From Eledone cirrhosa (Eukaryota), in NCBI GenBank assembly GCA_964016885.1, contig OZ024742.1, positions 69,626,001-69,690,000 of the forward strand: a stretch of 64,000 nucleotides of DNA. The letters run 5' to 3'. The notes below the pieces were generated by a model that was not told the DNA's origin, ran no database searches, and saw only the letters and a program-made list of their open reading frames with translations. Below are positions 37,104 through 50,169 of this stretch, piece by piece (the first letter of the stretch is position 1; each line of letters begins with the position of its first letter). The position numbers and the translations under genes were made by a program.

Positions 37104-37337
37104 GTTTTTTTTTGTTTAAAATGAATATTGGGTACAAAACCCCAATAACTGGTTATTTAACCCCGAAGGGCCAAATAACGGACAGAAAGACCCCTCTCAC
37201 GAGGAGGAGGGTGTCTTTATCAACAATTTGGTTCAAGTTTTAAACAATTTACAATTGTTTTAACGGTTAAAAATTACTATACCTTACAGAGCCGAGCCTC
37301 CGTCAACCATGGCATTCAATAATAATAATAATAATAA

Positions 37338-37962
37338 TGATTTCTTTATTAACCACAAGGATTTACATAAAGTAGACATTAAGGACAGTGCACGACAATA
37401 CAGGACGGTACAAATGGGCATTTCTGCGTATAAAAAACAAAAAGATAGGATGTAACAAAAAAAATAACAATGAAAAATTCCCCAATAGAAGGGAGACTTC
37501 GGAGGGACATTTGTGGAGAAAGCCCATTAAAAGGCCACAGTGACCCTGACCACCAAGGCAGGTGCCCTCTCCCAGTTTTCCACCTTTAATTTACAGACAC
37601 ATACTCAGAGTAGGCCCATTCACTCGGGCCATTCTTGCTTCTCTCACCCATCTTTCAACAAAATGCTGGGACGAGGGCACTTCCCTCTCTACCCTGATTT
37701 TCCTTTTCAAATGAAATTTGAAAAATTCAATCAGGGCATCACCGAAGAGGTAAGTTCTCATCTTCAGCCCTTTCAAACGTGTCCACCATACTATCTCTTT
37801 CGTCATGGTCACCAGACAGATAAAAACTGCCTGCCCTTCCCGGCTAAAGGAAGAAGGCGGGGCAATCCTCACGATGGACTCAGCTGATAGCCGGATCCGT
37901 CCTACAAGCGACAGCAGGTGTTCGACATAAACCCACAAGTCAGCAATTCTCGGACACTGGAC
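37338..37962 (-). mobile_element. Tx1 copy C: 5'-truncated 3' end
   Basis: Colinear with copy B 31348-31971, (AAT)n on both sides. Confidence 0.92.
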
Positions 37963-37971
37963 TAATAATAA

Positions 37972-40900
37972 TGATGCTTTCTTTATTAACCACAAGGGTT
38001 TACATAAAGTAGACATTAAGGACAGTACAGGACAATACAGGACGGTACAAATGGGCATTTCTGCGTGTAAAAAAACCTCTATGCCTGTAGAGTTTATCCC
38101 GAACTGGCAAAGCTCCTCGGTAGCACTGCCAGACCAGGGATTTCTGGAAGTTGTCCATAGGCCCCGGCCCGAAAGATCTTCCGAAGAGATTGGCTAGTTG
38201 ATTTTCGTCGACGCCTAGAATTTCTCCAAGTACGTCGTCGCTCTTCCCCTTCACTAATCCTCTATAGAACGCCAAGGTGGAGTTTCCACCGATCACATTG
38301 CCCGATTGGTCGAGGGCTGTGAGCGCCTGAAAACATTCCAGTCTCCAAGCGTTCCCTCTCGGTCTTCGCTTGACCTAGGACTGCAGCTCCGTCAAGGAGA
38401 CGAGCTGGGGAAAGACGCCTCTAGCAAACGGCGACCACACCTGATCACCGTCGAGGAAGAGGTGGAGATAACGTAGCCTGAGCGCGTTTCTGCGCATCGT
38501 CAGCCACGACAGGCCCAGCCCTCCACGTAGCAGGTGTTGACAGCAGATGGCACCTCACAATCGGAGCGCGTCCCTTCCACAAAAAGGGAAAGAGCAAACG
38601 CTCCAGCGCAGTCAGGCACGGCTTAGGACAAGGTACGACGGTCAGGCGGTAGTAGTTGACGGACGCGATGTACGCGTTAGCCACCTCTACTCGACCTTTC
38701 AGGGATAGCTTCCTCTCCGCCCATTTCTGGCTGAGAGAAGCCACCCTGCTCGTCACCTCGTCGCAGTTCTTGTCCGTCTGGAGGTCCGGACCGAACCAGA
38801 CCCCTAGCAATTTAAGCGGTCCGTCCGTCCACCGTCCGACGACGTTGTTGGACGGCATGAACATGCATCTCCAGGTGTCAAGCTGCAGGCCCACTGATTT
38901 TTCCTGGTTGATCTTTGCTCCTGTCACCGTTTGTATACTCTTAGTGTAGTGCTGATAGCCTCGATGTGTTTGGCGTTCGACACCACTACGGTGACATCGT
39001 CCGCATATGCTGACACGGATCTTCCGGATCCTAGTTCGCGCGGGATCCCCCTCAACGTCTCCAGTTTGTGCAGTAATTACTCCAGAGTCAATACGTACAA
39101 GAGGGACGAGAGGGGACATCCTTTGCGGACCGAGCGCATGATGTTCTACGGTTTCGAAAGGTGACCGTTCACTCTCACCACAGAGCAGATGTCGCTGTGC
39201 ATGGCAGCGATCCAGCCTCTGAAGACGGACCCAAAGCCAGCCGCCCTCAGGACTGCCGCTAGGTAACGATGGTCGACCCTATCGAAAGCTTTCGACTGAT
39301 CTAAATTGATCAAGGACACACCGGTGCCAGGTTCCCTAGCTACCCTCTCTACGATGTATCGTATGAGGTGGAGGTTGTCGTGGATGGATCTGTCGGGAAT
39401 GGCGCATGTCTGCGCCTCTCCCACAAGATCACCAACGACAAGCGCCAACCTCTTTGCTAGCACCTTGGCCAAAATCTTGAACTCTGTGTTTAGCAGAGTT
39501 ATGGACCTGAAATTATCTATGTTATCCCCCTTGTTCGGATCCTTTCTCAGCAGCGCCACCGCGCCAAGGCTCACAGAGCTGGGAATTCTCCCGTTCTGTT
39601 GCCAGTTGCAGTAGACGTCCGCCAAGAGGCCTCCGAACAAGTCTGGCATCTGTACGTAAAGTTCATAGGGCAGACCATCCAAACCAGGCGATTTACCCCT
39701 TGTGCAGCCAGTCATTGCCTCCCGTACTTCAGCGGCTGTTATCGGCTTTTCGCAACACTCCGCCTCAGTGGCCGAGAGCCGCGGCAGTCCGTCGAGGTAG
39801 ACACTAAAGTCCATCCCTCGATTCGTCCCGCCGCCGCTGCCCCCGAACAGCTGAGCGAAGTGTCGCTGAAAAGCTTCACACATTTTCCCGGGATCGAGTA
39901 GCATGCGCCCGTCGTGGTCCACCAAAACAGGATCGTGGCTTTGTTGCCTACGACGCGCCTCCATCACTCGGGCCCATTGAACGGCTTTCGTCCCCTCGTG
40001 TCTGAGAGCACGCACCCTAGCTCTGACAACACAGCTTTTGTGCTTTGCATTGAAGAATTGGTCAAGAACCAATTTCGCCGCAAGTACATCGGTCGCGATG
40101 CCTTTGCTAAGCGCCTCGTCTAATTTTCTAACTAGTTCTCCCTCTGCTCTATTTTACTCTATAGCTAAAGCCTTACTAAACCTAATGGACTCTATTCTAA
40201 TCGCTCTTTTCAGAGCAAACCACCACTTGTTGTTGACGATGGCCCCCGTCAACGCCCGCTTAACTAGTTCGCTAATCCCGTCTCTGTAGGCTAAACGCGT
40301 CCTTACCAGTGCGCAAGCGCTGGTAAGGACACGTTTAGCTTCCAGAGCCGGGTCCTCGTCTATGAAGCCTATGTAAGTCAAGCACACAGATCACGAATTT
40401 GTGGTCCGTGTAGCTGACTATATTGAATTGTGGACAGCCTATGCTAGACCTATCTATTTCCCTACAAAATACTCTATCTAGATATGATCTGGATGACCCT
40501 ATGCGATTTGTCCAAGTCCACATTGGTACATTCGGGAAATCCATTCGGTACCTGTCAGACAGTTCAAAACGTCTGAGCAGGTTGGTGAGACTCTTGCACC
40601 CTCCTTCCGTATCCACTAATCCCACACAATCCCAGCGTGCATCTAAGATCCCGTTCCAGTCGCCCACTAACACTAAAGAGCGGGACGTTCCAAGAAAGAT
40701 CTCCAGACGCCGGAAGAAATCAGGCCGCCCAGCTCCTGTCGGGGCATAGACGGCCACTAACCTGAAAGCTTGCCCGTCTCCGCTGGTCACGTCCAGCACC
40801 ACCAACTTACCTTCTGGGTCCAGGAAGATGGCCCGTATGGCAAGATCCAAACCTCTCCGAAAAAGCTCAGCAACTCCTCCCCCGATCCCGGACGGCTGGG

Positions 40901-42800
40901 AGATGCGTGCAGATCGTAGCCGCCGAAGATCGGTGCGAAGGCCCGTGCTTCGGAGATTCTGGTCTCGCTGATGGCCACCACATCTATGTTTAGCGACCCC
41001 AGGCCATGAACATTTATGCTACTTATTCTGAGAGTAGCCATGTTGGCTAGGATAGGAGGAAAACGTGTGAGAGGGGAGAGTTACAAAAAATTACCTTTGG
41101 CTCTTCTTTAGGAAGGGGGTGGGTGATCCATCCCTCCGACCATTGGTGGGTTTCTCCACGAGAATATCCGTGAATATTCTTTTGTTGATGTTCCCTCGGT
41201 AGTCTCCAATTGATGTGGGGAACAATTTTTTTAATGTTACGTAATTTTTTTGTGTAATTTCTATTATTTTTATGTGTGTGGGATTGTAATTTTGGTTGTT
41301 TGTACGTAGTTTGTTTCTGTGATGTTGGTGTGGTGTTGAATGTAATTTAAAAGCTTTGTGTTGTCTGTGTCTTTGGCTGTGTATTGTGTCTGCTGTTTGG
41401 GTGTTGGTGTTTTCTGTGTTTGCTGTCGTGTTGTCGGAGGTGACGATGGGGTAGATGGTAAGGGTGGTGTTGGTGGTGGTGGCGGTGGTGGTGGTGGTAG
41501 TGGTGGTAGTAGTGGTGTTGGTAGTGGTGGTGGTGGTGATGGTGTAGGTGGCTGTGGGGGTGTGGCTGTTGATGGTGGTGGAGGAGGTGGGGTAGTTTTC
41601 ATTTTCTATGTTTAAGGTTCTTTCTTCCTCTTTTTTTTTGGGGGGGGGTAGGGAGTTCTTCCTCTTTTTGTTGGAATATTTCTCCACTCTTCGGCCTCAT
41701 AGCACTCCTTGTCCGATTTCGCTATATCAGGAAGGGGTAAGCTTTCCATTGGTTTTGTGGATGGTGGATGAGATGGTGTTTTTATTGTTGGGGATGGTGA
41801 TTTCTCTTCTGCCACTGTGTTCTTTGTTTGTTTGTCTGCTCCAGTTGCGGGGCACGGCATGGAGAGAAGGGGTGGGTGCGTGCCTGTTTTGGTAATTTTG
41901 GGGCAGAATGCCTTAAGGTGCGTCTTGTCACCGCTTCCATGACACCTTGGGCGCCTACCTTCGAATGTCACGGGTAGATGGCTGCCGTCGTCCAGGTCTA
42001 TTACATCGGGGATGGCCTCACGCTTTCCTGGTTTGCTTGGATGATTAGCTCCATCCCCGACTCTGTCCAATTTTCCTGTCTTATTCGTATGACGTTGAGT
42101 ATAGTTGTTGAATCCTCAACGTCAGTGAGGACGGCTGCCGTCAACCACGCCATCTCCACTGAGGGTGGTACCTGGCCTACTCGAACCCTCACGACTCTCT
42201 GGCCGCAATATATGGGCATCATTGGGATTTCGTCACTGCGGACTGGTGCAATGGAGAGTGCTCTGGCTTCCTCTGGTGTAGCGAAGAGCACATCCACAGT
42301 GCCATATCTCGATCCCGGGCTATATATGTTTTCTGTGCCCAGACGGCTCCCATAGCTCTTTGGATCTGTGACTCCGTTCCCCGTTCAACTCGCCTGGATT
42401 TTGAACCGATCGTGCGATAACTGACCGAACACAAAAGTTTGTTTCTTATTATCTCAGCTGGGCGGGTGAGACTTACTCTGTGTCCGGTTTTTTTTACCAA
42501 GACCTTTGCTTGTTTTATCTCTTCGTTAGTGATGTTTATTTGCTCAAACTTGTTGGTGGATTTCGCGAAAGATGTGTTTGTTTTGATTTGTGTTGACACA
42601 TTACTAGTTTCGTCTTTGTTGCCGTCGTCGATGTTTTTGTTTGTTTCTTTTTCCTCTGTGTTGCTGCTGTTATAGTTGTTGTTCTTTGGGTTCTTTGTGG
42701 TTGTTGCTGTTGTTATCGTTGTTATTGGGGTAGTAGTGGTGTTTGATTTCTGTAACGCAGGAAAATGTTCGTTATAATTGTCACTACTGCTACTACAGTA
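37972..42800 (-). mobile_element. Tx1 copy D: ORF1 remnant (about 42790-41091) and ORF2 remnant (ATG 41041), 5' UTR lost, ~0.6 kb deletion near 38075
   Basis: MATLRISSINVHGL start, APE and RT fragments, knuckle remnant CHGSGDKTHLKAFC. Confidence 0.9.
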
Positions 42801-43005
42801 GTTGCTCTTCTATCATGTGGAAGTTTTGAAGCATATTATGAAGATCTTCAATATTATGCTGGGAAGAAAATTAATAGAGAAACATTTAAGTTGTATTGCT
42901 GTAGCTCTTCTGTTCGTATTCATATCTGGAGTTGATAAGTATCGGAGGTCACAACGTCAGGTATACACACATATACGCATACACATAATCGCACATACAC
43001 AAACA

Positions 43006-43107
<102 letters not shown>

Positions 43108-43134
43108 AAGCACCTTAACCAAAAGTTTAAACTG

Positions 43135-46010
43135 TGTTGAGTAGAGTTATGGGCTGGAAATTATTTATAACGTCCCCCTTGTTCTCGTCTTCCTCAACAG
43201 CGTTACTACGCCCCATATATTGATTAAATACTGGTTGACAGAGGCAGTTGTCAACAACAGGTGATGGGAAGTTCTCAAGAGAACAATTAGAATAGAACAT
43301 TTAGTAAGGAAGTGGCGATAGGAACAAATAGAACGGAAGTGGAGTTAGTAGCTAAATTAGAAGAGGCGATTAGGAGTGGCATTGTAACCACGGGCTAGCT
43401 GCGGGAATGGCCCTAGACCATTTCATCAAAGCAAAACATGAAGGTTGCATAGTGAGATATATGGTGCCTGTTAGAGGAAACAAAGGAATGAAAGCTGTTC
43501 TATGGGCCCGAGTGTCAAAGACGACTGATGCGGAATGCTGCGAAAAGCCGTTAAGGGAGAAACTGTAATACGCTACCGTCTCTTGCACTGATCAGTTGTA
43601 AAAGGTACTGATGAAATGCTGCACACATCTGTCTGGAATCGAACAACACGCTCTCGTCCAGATTTGTCAAACACCGAAATGTGGCTATGCTACAACATTG
43701 CGTCTCTGACACTCAGGCCCATAGAACAGCTTTCATTCCTTTGTTTCCTCTAACAGGCACCATATATTTCACTATGCAACCTTCATGTTTTGCTTTGATG
43801 AAATGGTCTAGGGCCATTCCTGCAGCTAGCCCGTGGTTACAATGCCAATCCTAATCGCCTCTTCTAATTTAGCTACTAACTCCACTTCCGTTCTATTTGT
43901 TTCTATCGCCACTTGCTTACTAAATCTTCTACTCTAATTGTTCTCTTGAGAACCTGTTGTTGACAACTGCCCCTGTCAACCAGTACTTAATCAATATGGT
44001 AATCCGGTCTCTGTAGGCTTTAGTGCCTGGAATGAAGTATAAAGCTTCCTGTAACTGGGACACGAACTTGTGGTCTGAAATTGTGGATACCATATGGATA
44101 CCATATGCTACCTTGTTAAACTAATTAAAAACCTGTCTAAATACGATCTAGATGACTTTATACGATTGGACCAGGTTCACATTGGCGAAGAATCTAGTCG
44201 GTACCTGTCAGACAGTTGGAACTGGCTGATCAGATTCTTGAGGCTTTTGTTTCACCCCTCTTCTATTAGCTTCCCCTACACAGACACAGCGTGCGTCTGA
44301 GATGCCGTTCTAGTCCCCCGCTAACAGTAAAAGGCGTGGCGTTCCTAGAAAGTCTTCCAAACGTCTGAAGATTCCGACCGTCGTACCCCACTAGAGGCAC
44401 AGTCGATATACAACATCTTCGCAGTTGCTCGTATCCAGGACCACCAACTTGTCGTTCGGCTTAAAAAAGATTATCCGTACCTCGAAATCAAGGTCTTTCT
44501 TAAACATAACTTACACACCGCTCCCATTCTAGGCCGACTAAGGGTGCGCGCGTCAGAAATCCTCGTCGCGCTGATGGCTTCCACATTTAAAAGTTCCCTT
44601 GAAATTTTACCCGTTGCTTTTGCATTAGGGTTTACTTCGTAGTGGGGGAAGCTCCCAATAATGTTTTTGTAAGTTTCAAGAGACATGCACACAGTCTTGA
44701 AATTTTGTGGCACTTTAAACATGCCTTTGCCGAAAATCTTATTATCTTTACTTCGTGCTATGAGGGCTATCAATTTTTCGTTAAGCTTCCTCACTAGCAT
44801 GAATTTTGGTGTCTCTGTGGTTGCTTGTTTTTGTGTTGTGTTTTTGTTTTCTTTTCTTTTTATGGTTAATTTTATTAGTGCTGGTGGTGGTAGCGATGGT
44901 TGCTTTGATGGTAATGGGGTTTGTGGGTTTGTTGTTGTAGATGTGTGTGTGTTTGTTATATATATTTTCTGTTTTGTGGAGTGTGTTTTTGTATGAGGCA
45001 AAAACATTTTTGTGTTTCTTTTTGGAGATTTTGGGGTTTACCCTCATATTCACATCGAGTAATGAGGTACCGGTGTCTGCGGGATATGTCCAGGATATGG
45101 GTGAGAGTGTGTTTGTATGAATGTCTATGTGTGTTTATGTTGAGAGAAGGAAGTGAGAAAGAGAGGCGGAGATAGATGACAATTTGAGTGTTTTTCACGT
45201 TGTCTGTTGTTGGTAGTTGTGGTAGTGTTTATGCTGCTACAGTTGAGGTGATGTTGGTGTTGCTCTTGTTTCTGGTATAGCTGCTTCTGCTGCTGCACTT
45301 GTTGATTTTGCTGTTGGTATAGCTGCTGAACCTGATGATGTTGCTGTTGATGTTGCTGCTGGTACCAACGTTGCTTTCGCTATTGTTGTTCCCTGTTGGA
45401 ATTGTTGTGACTTTCGGGGTCCTGATGTTGCAGCAAGGGTACCCTGTGGTTTTCCGTCTTCTGTGGAGGGCAAAACACTCTCTGGTGGCTTGTCTCTCCG
45501 CACAAACATGTCACTACCTTCTCGTCTACACAGGTCAGAATACACCAGAAGTCCAATCTTGATGGGATACCCGTGATCTTGATCCTTACTGTTCTTCTTC
45601 CGTTGTACGAAAGGAATGGTAAAAATTGGTTTGTCCGAATGGGGACCACAGAATACCTAACGGTCTGAGATTTGCCTTTCAAGAGTACTGAAATGCCCGC
45701 GTATTGCATTACTCCAGCTATGTGCCCTAGAATCGGTATAATATCCTCCTGTGCGCTTTGGTACTCACTTTGTGACACCACTTCTTGCAGTTTCCTTTTT
45801 ATAGGAATTAGTATCTCCCTTAGGGTCGTTTTTCTTGCCGCAACACCTCGGGCGGGGCGGTTATTTTGGCACTTATGTTTTGCCGCTTAATTAGTCTGAT
45901 CGCTTGTACGAAATTATCATCCTTTTTGTAAGTCCATGTTGACTAATTCAGCTGCGTTTGCAGCTGTGAATGTGTTATTATTGTTATTATTGCCATTGCT
46001 AGTATAGTTG
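43135..46010 (-). mobile_element. Older divergent Tx1-like copy E, heavily deleted, with an internal inverted duplication
   Basis: ORF1 remnants (YNGRRTVRIKITGIP; CLCGETSHQRVFC), APE remnants (AISATRISDAR, GD.NGI, SRSYLDR) and an RT N-terminal remnant at 43135-43210. Confidence 0.75.
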
Positions 46011-46016
46011 TCCATG

Positions 46017-46159
46017 TCTTCTTCTTCTTCTTCTTCTTCTTCTTCTTCTTCTTCTTCTTCTTCTTCTTCTTCTTCTTCTTCTTCTTCTTCTTCTTCTTCT
46101 TCTTCTTCTTCTTCTTCTTCTTCTTCTTCTTCTTCTTCTTCTTCTTCTTCTTCTTCTTC
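46017..46159. repeat. (TTC)n, probably the (GAA)n 3' tail of the adjacent RTE-like LINE
   Basis: Abuts the 3' end of the minus-strand LINE. Confidence 0.85.
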
Positions 46160-48390
46160 GTCCAGTTATTCTTGAGAGTGTCGAGGAGGTAGAGTCTTCA
46201 AGCACTCCTGTCAGAAGCATCCATCTCTAACTGATCCGGCTGGAACACCAAGCGAGACCCACCAACTCATCGATGTTATCCAACCATCTTGCTCGGGGTC
46301 TACTCCAGGGTCTCCTGCCAGCTAATTTTACACACTTAAAATCTGTTCAGTGATTCTTTCCTGAGACAATCTAACCACATGCTTATATTATTAGAGCTGT
46401 GAACTTTCAATTTGGGGAAGTAGTGGCTCTACCTAGAGTGACTCTCTGATCTCCGAGCTACGCAATCTATCGAGTAACCTTACTACAATGACCTTCGGAA
46501 GTATACCATTTCAGCCGCTTGTATTCGCGATCGTATTCTTTCGGTCATTACATGATTCATGACAATAGATATGGGTTGGCACGAATAACGAATTGAAGAT
46601 AACGAGTTTGGCTTTTACACCTACATACTTTCTTCTGATTACAGGTTACAGCAATTTTGCACTTAATTTAGCCTCTAGCCTCCCATCATGGCCACAAGAT
46701 ATTTGAACTTCTCCACCTTCTTCAGTGGAACTCCATTCACATGGAGAGTGTACTGCACAGGCTTCCTTGGGGGACAAGTGTCTCATTTTCGCAGCACTGA
46801 TTTCCATTCCAGCCATGCAAGCACTTGGCTTCAAACCTATCTAGTCGGAGATCACCTTCTGACGAGTTTAAGTAACAGCATATCGTCTGCAAATTCCTGC
46901 CAACTGATTTTCTACCTGGCAGTTGTGGCATCACTTCCAACCCGGCTACACATGTCAATCCAGTTCATGAAAATAATGAACTAGAGAGGTAACAGTATGC
47001 ACCCTTGGAAAAGTTTCCGACTCCCACATTAAATGATTGTGATTTAGCTCCATTATTATGGCATTCGTATAGAGGCATCAGGGCAGCAAGAAGCTGACCA
47101 TCGATCCGACACTCCTGCAAAACCTCCCAAAGCAGGTCACGAAGAACAATTTCTTTTCAGACACATGGCACACATTTTACCCGGGAGTCTTAGCATTGAG
47201 ATCCCTCTGTAATTGGAACAATCTCTCTCGTCTCCACTTTTCAAAATTGGGATTATCATTCCCGATTGTCATTGCTTAGGTACATTTCCAGAGATACAAG
47301 CTGCAAGGCACACAGGATTCGGCTAGAGAATACCTTCTCTATTTAAGGCTTCTAAATTCTCGGGCCGGATTTCATCTTCCCCAGCGGCCTTGGCACATTT
47401 GAGCTCTACAACTGCTTTTGTGATTTCAGTCTCCGAGAGATTTGTCTCCGCTCTCGTATGCCCCTTATGTACACCAGAAGATGCTGTTGTGATCGGGTTT
47501 AGGAGATCAGCAAAGTATTCTTTCCACCTCGTGAGGATGCATTTTTCTGAAAAGAGTATCCCAGACGTTTTCCTGATAGCAGGTGTGGAGGAGAACTTCT
47601 TATTAAGAAGTCGGTGGATGATCTGCCAGAACACTTTATTCGTTAATCCGATATCCGATTCCAGCTTAACACCAAAATCCTTTTATGTCTCACCTTTGGA
47701 GGCCTTTACTGACTCTTCGTGCCTACTTGTACCACAATTGCATGAAGGAGGACTTATTTCCAAGCCAAGATTTGTAGGCCTCCTTCTATGACTTCTTTCT
47801 TGAACGAAGGGGTCCCCCTGTCATCCGGCGCCATACCAAACCTCATTCGCCCGCAACATTTAACAGCTCAAGCAGAAACTACCGAGCTGAACAATCTCCA
47901 CTCTGTTTCAACATCCTCAGTTTGCTCAGCGCATTTTCTGAATTTGGATGCAATAGTATCTGCATACCTGGTCCTGACTTCTTCATCCACCAACAACATC
48001 CGATGATATCCTGGAGGTCACCCGGGACTTGCCAGTTTTGTGGGTTTCTTTGGCTTTAGGTAGTCTCAAGTTGCAGGTTACTAGATGGTGATCAGTTGAC
48101 ACCTCAGCCCCTCTTTTAACACGAACATCCAGCATAGAATCAAGGAGATCTGAGACAATAACAAAATCAATTATTGATCTCTATGCCTGATTCCCTTTAT
48201 ACCATTCCTATTTATGGATAACTATCTATGTGCAAGAAGAAAGTGTTCATAATAGAGTGTCCATCGCAAGAACAGAAGTCTAATAAGGCCTCTCCATTCG
48301 TATATAGATTGGGGTTGCCGTTCCTTTCAAACAGTCCTTTCCAAGTTAGGGGATCAGTGCCAACATGTGCATTGACGTCTCAAAAAATAT
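46160..48390 (-). mobile_element. RTE-like LINE fragment, decayed and 5'-truncated
   Basis: Minus-strand remnants: DVNAHVG, STDHHLV, RWKEYFADLLNP, KAAGEDEIRPE, GCILLPL, FADDMLLL, FKYL, RPPGVDPEQDGW-like end. Confidence 0.8.
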
Positions 48391-48409
48391 GACCATTTCG
48401 CATACACGT

Positions 48410-49500
48410 TACACCTTGAGCTGCTACCCTTGATGGTCACCGTGAGGTGGCTGCCGTCATCAAGGTCTATGACATCCGGGATTTTTTCAATATTTTTCTG
48501 GTTCGTTTGGATCAGAAGCTCCATTCCTAATCCGGGCCAGTTCTCCTATTTGATTTTGATTATCTGCGGGATTCTGGTGTCAGGCAATGAGTACTGCGGG
48601 CGGAACTTGAGTCACTCGCTCTCTTGCGAGACTTTGGCTGCAGTAGCTTGGGACCAGAGTGAGCTTGGGACCAGAGTGCCTCATCACGCTTTAGTGGTGT
48701 CATGGAGTATTCGAAGGCTTCCTGTGGGGTGGTAAAGAACATGTCCACGGTTCCATATCTTCTTCCACTAGTGGTGTGGGTTTTTTTAAGCCTACACGGC
48801 TCCCAGAGCCATTTGTATCTGTGACTCCGAGGTCCGCTCCACCAGGCATGTTTTTTGCTAATTGTTCGTTATGATACTGTAAATAGCCGTCGGTGTTCCA
48901 TGATGTCTGATGGAGGAGTGAGGCTGACCCTGTGACCATTTTTTTTTACTATTTGTCTGGCTTCATCCATTTCCTCGTGGGTCACTGTGACCGTTTCATT
49001 TTCTTTTTACAGCTCTCGCAAAAGAGACGTTTGATCTTGCGCTGATGTTGCTACTGATATTCTAATTCTTATCGTTGCTGCTGTTACTGTTGTTGTTATT
49101 TTTGATCATGTTATTGCTGTTGTCATTTGCGTTGTTGTTCTTGTTTGCGTTAATGTTATTTCTATTGTTTGCTTCTGTTATATTTATTGTTGCATTGTTG
49201 GTGGTATGGCCGTTATTGTTGTTCATGTTCTTGTTACTGTTATCTTTGTCTATGTTCTTATCTTTTGTGGTAGTCTGTGTTGGTTTTAATTTTGTTTTTT
49301 GTTTCAGTTGTTGTTGTTTTGGGGGCAGTGGTGGTGTTAGTGGTGTTGGATTTGCCTGCCGGCGTTGTGGTGATGGGGATGGCAGCGTTCAAATTGAAAA
49401 CTTACTCTACAGACAGGTTTCAAGTCAGATTTACCTCTCCTATTTCAACTGTAAAGATCTTCACGATTTGGAGGAAAATTCGCCCGGAAAGAGTACTTCA
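48410..49500 (-). mobile_element. Tx1-family ORF1 fragment (copy F)
   Basis: GTVDMFFTTPQEAFEYSMTPL, GMELLIQTNQKNIEKIPDVIDLDDGSHLTVTIKG, Asn-rich N-terminus. Confidence 0.8.
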
Positions 49501-49870
49501 CATTTCATATACTTGTCCATGTGCTCGAATGAAGGGCCAGTTTAAAAGTGTCTCCTCCAATTTACAGTGGTGGCTATAACTGGTTTCCGAAACCATTGGT
49601 CGCACATACATATTAAGTATATGAAATTTTGTTTATACTATATGTGTATATAAATAAATAAATAATATATATATACATATTTATAAAATCCCCTGACAAT
49701 AGATTATAACAGCTTCTCAGTATGCTTTAGATTAAAGAAAAATTTAGGAAAGGATTTACCCGATCGACAATCTCTTTTAATCAATGAATCGATTAGATCT
49801 TCTGAAGGGATAAAGTCATCTTATCTATTTCCATTATTATTTTAGTTAGGGTTAAGGTTAGGGTTAGGGT

Positions 49871-49974
49871 CGAGGTTAACTTTGCCTTTCATCATTACGG
49901 GGTCGATAAAATAAAGTATCAGTATTTCACTGGGTAATTGCTGGCCTTGTGCCAAAAGCAGAAACAATTATTAT
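49871..49974 (+). mobile_element. 5'-truncated SINE with 20-bp TSD
   Basis: ATTATTATTTTAGTTAGGGT at 49833-49852 and 49967-49986. Confidence 0.85.
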
Positions 49975-49984
49975 TTTAGTTAGG

Positions 49985-50169
49985 GTGGTGGATTGGCAGT
50001 ATCGGTAGAGTGTCGGACGCCATGCAAAGAGTTATGGCCCTTTATGTTCCGAGTTCAAATCCCGCCGAAGTTAACTTTGCTTTCATCCTTACGGGGTCGA
50101 TAAAATAAAGTAGAAGTAATACACTGGGATAATTGCTGGCCTTATGCCAAAGGTAGAAACAATTATTAT
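49985..50169 (+). mobile_element. Full-length tRNA-derived SINE
   Basis: Pol III A-box-like TGGCAGTATCGG (49994-50005), B-box GAGTTCAAATCC (50051-50062), body shared with five other copies in the window, (ATT) tail. Confidence 0.88.

Larger units (their letters stand above)
31348..37317 (-). mobile_element. Tx1/L1-clade copy B, full length, the best preserved copy
   Basis: ~215-nt 5' UTR, ORF1, spacer, ORF2, 3' UTR with TACCGTCCTG-type repeats, AATAAA and (ATT)n tail. Both flanks are (AAT)n. Confidence 0.95.

Noticed and set aside
14829-42675. Recurrent plus-strand ORFs over Tx1 copies and minus-strand ORFs over Dong copies
   Set aside because: Antisense shadows of TE coding sequence. They recur only because the elements are repeated and show no independent motifs.
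49985-50065. tRNA gene
   Set aside because: A and B boxes are present but there is no cloverleaf, and it runs into the SINE body.
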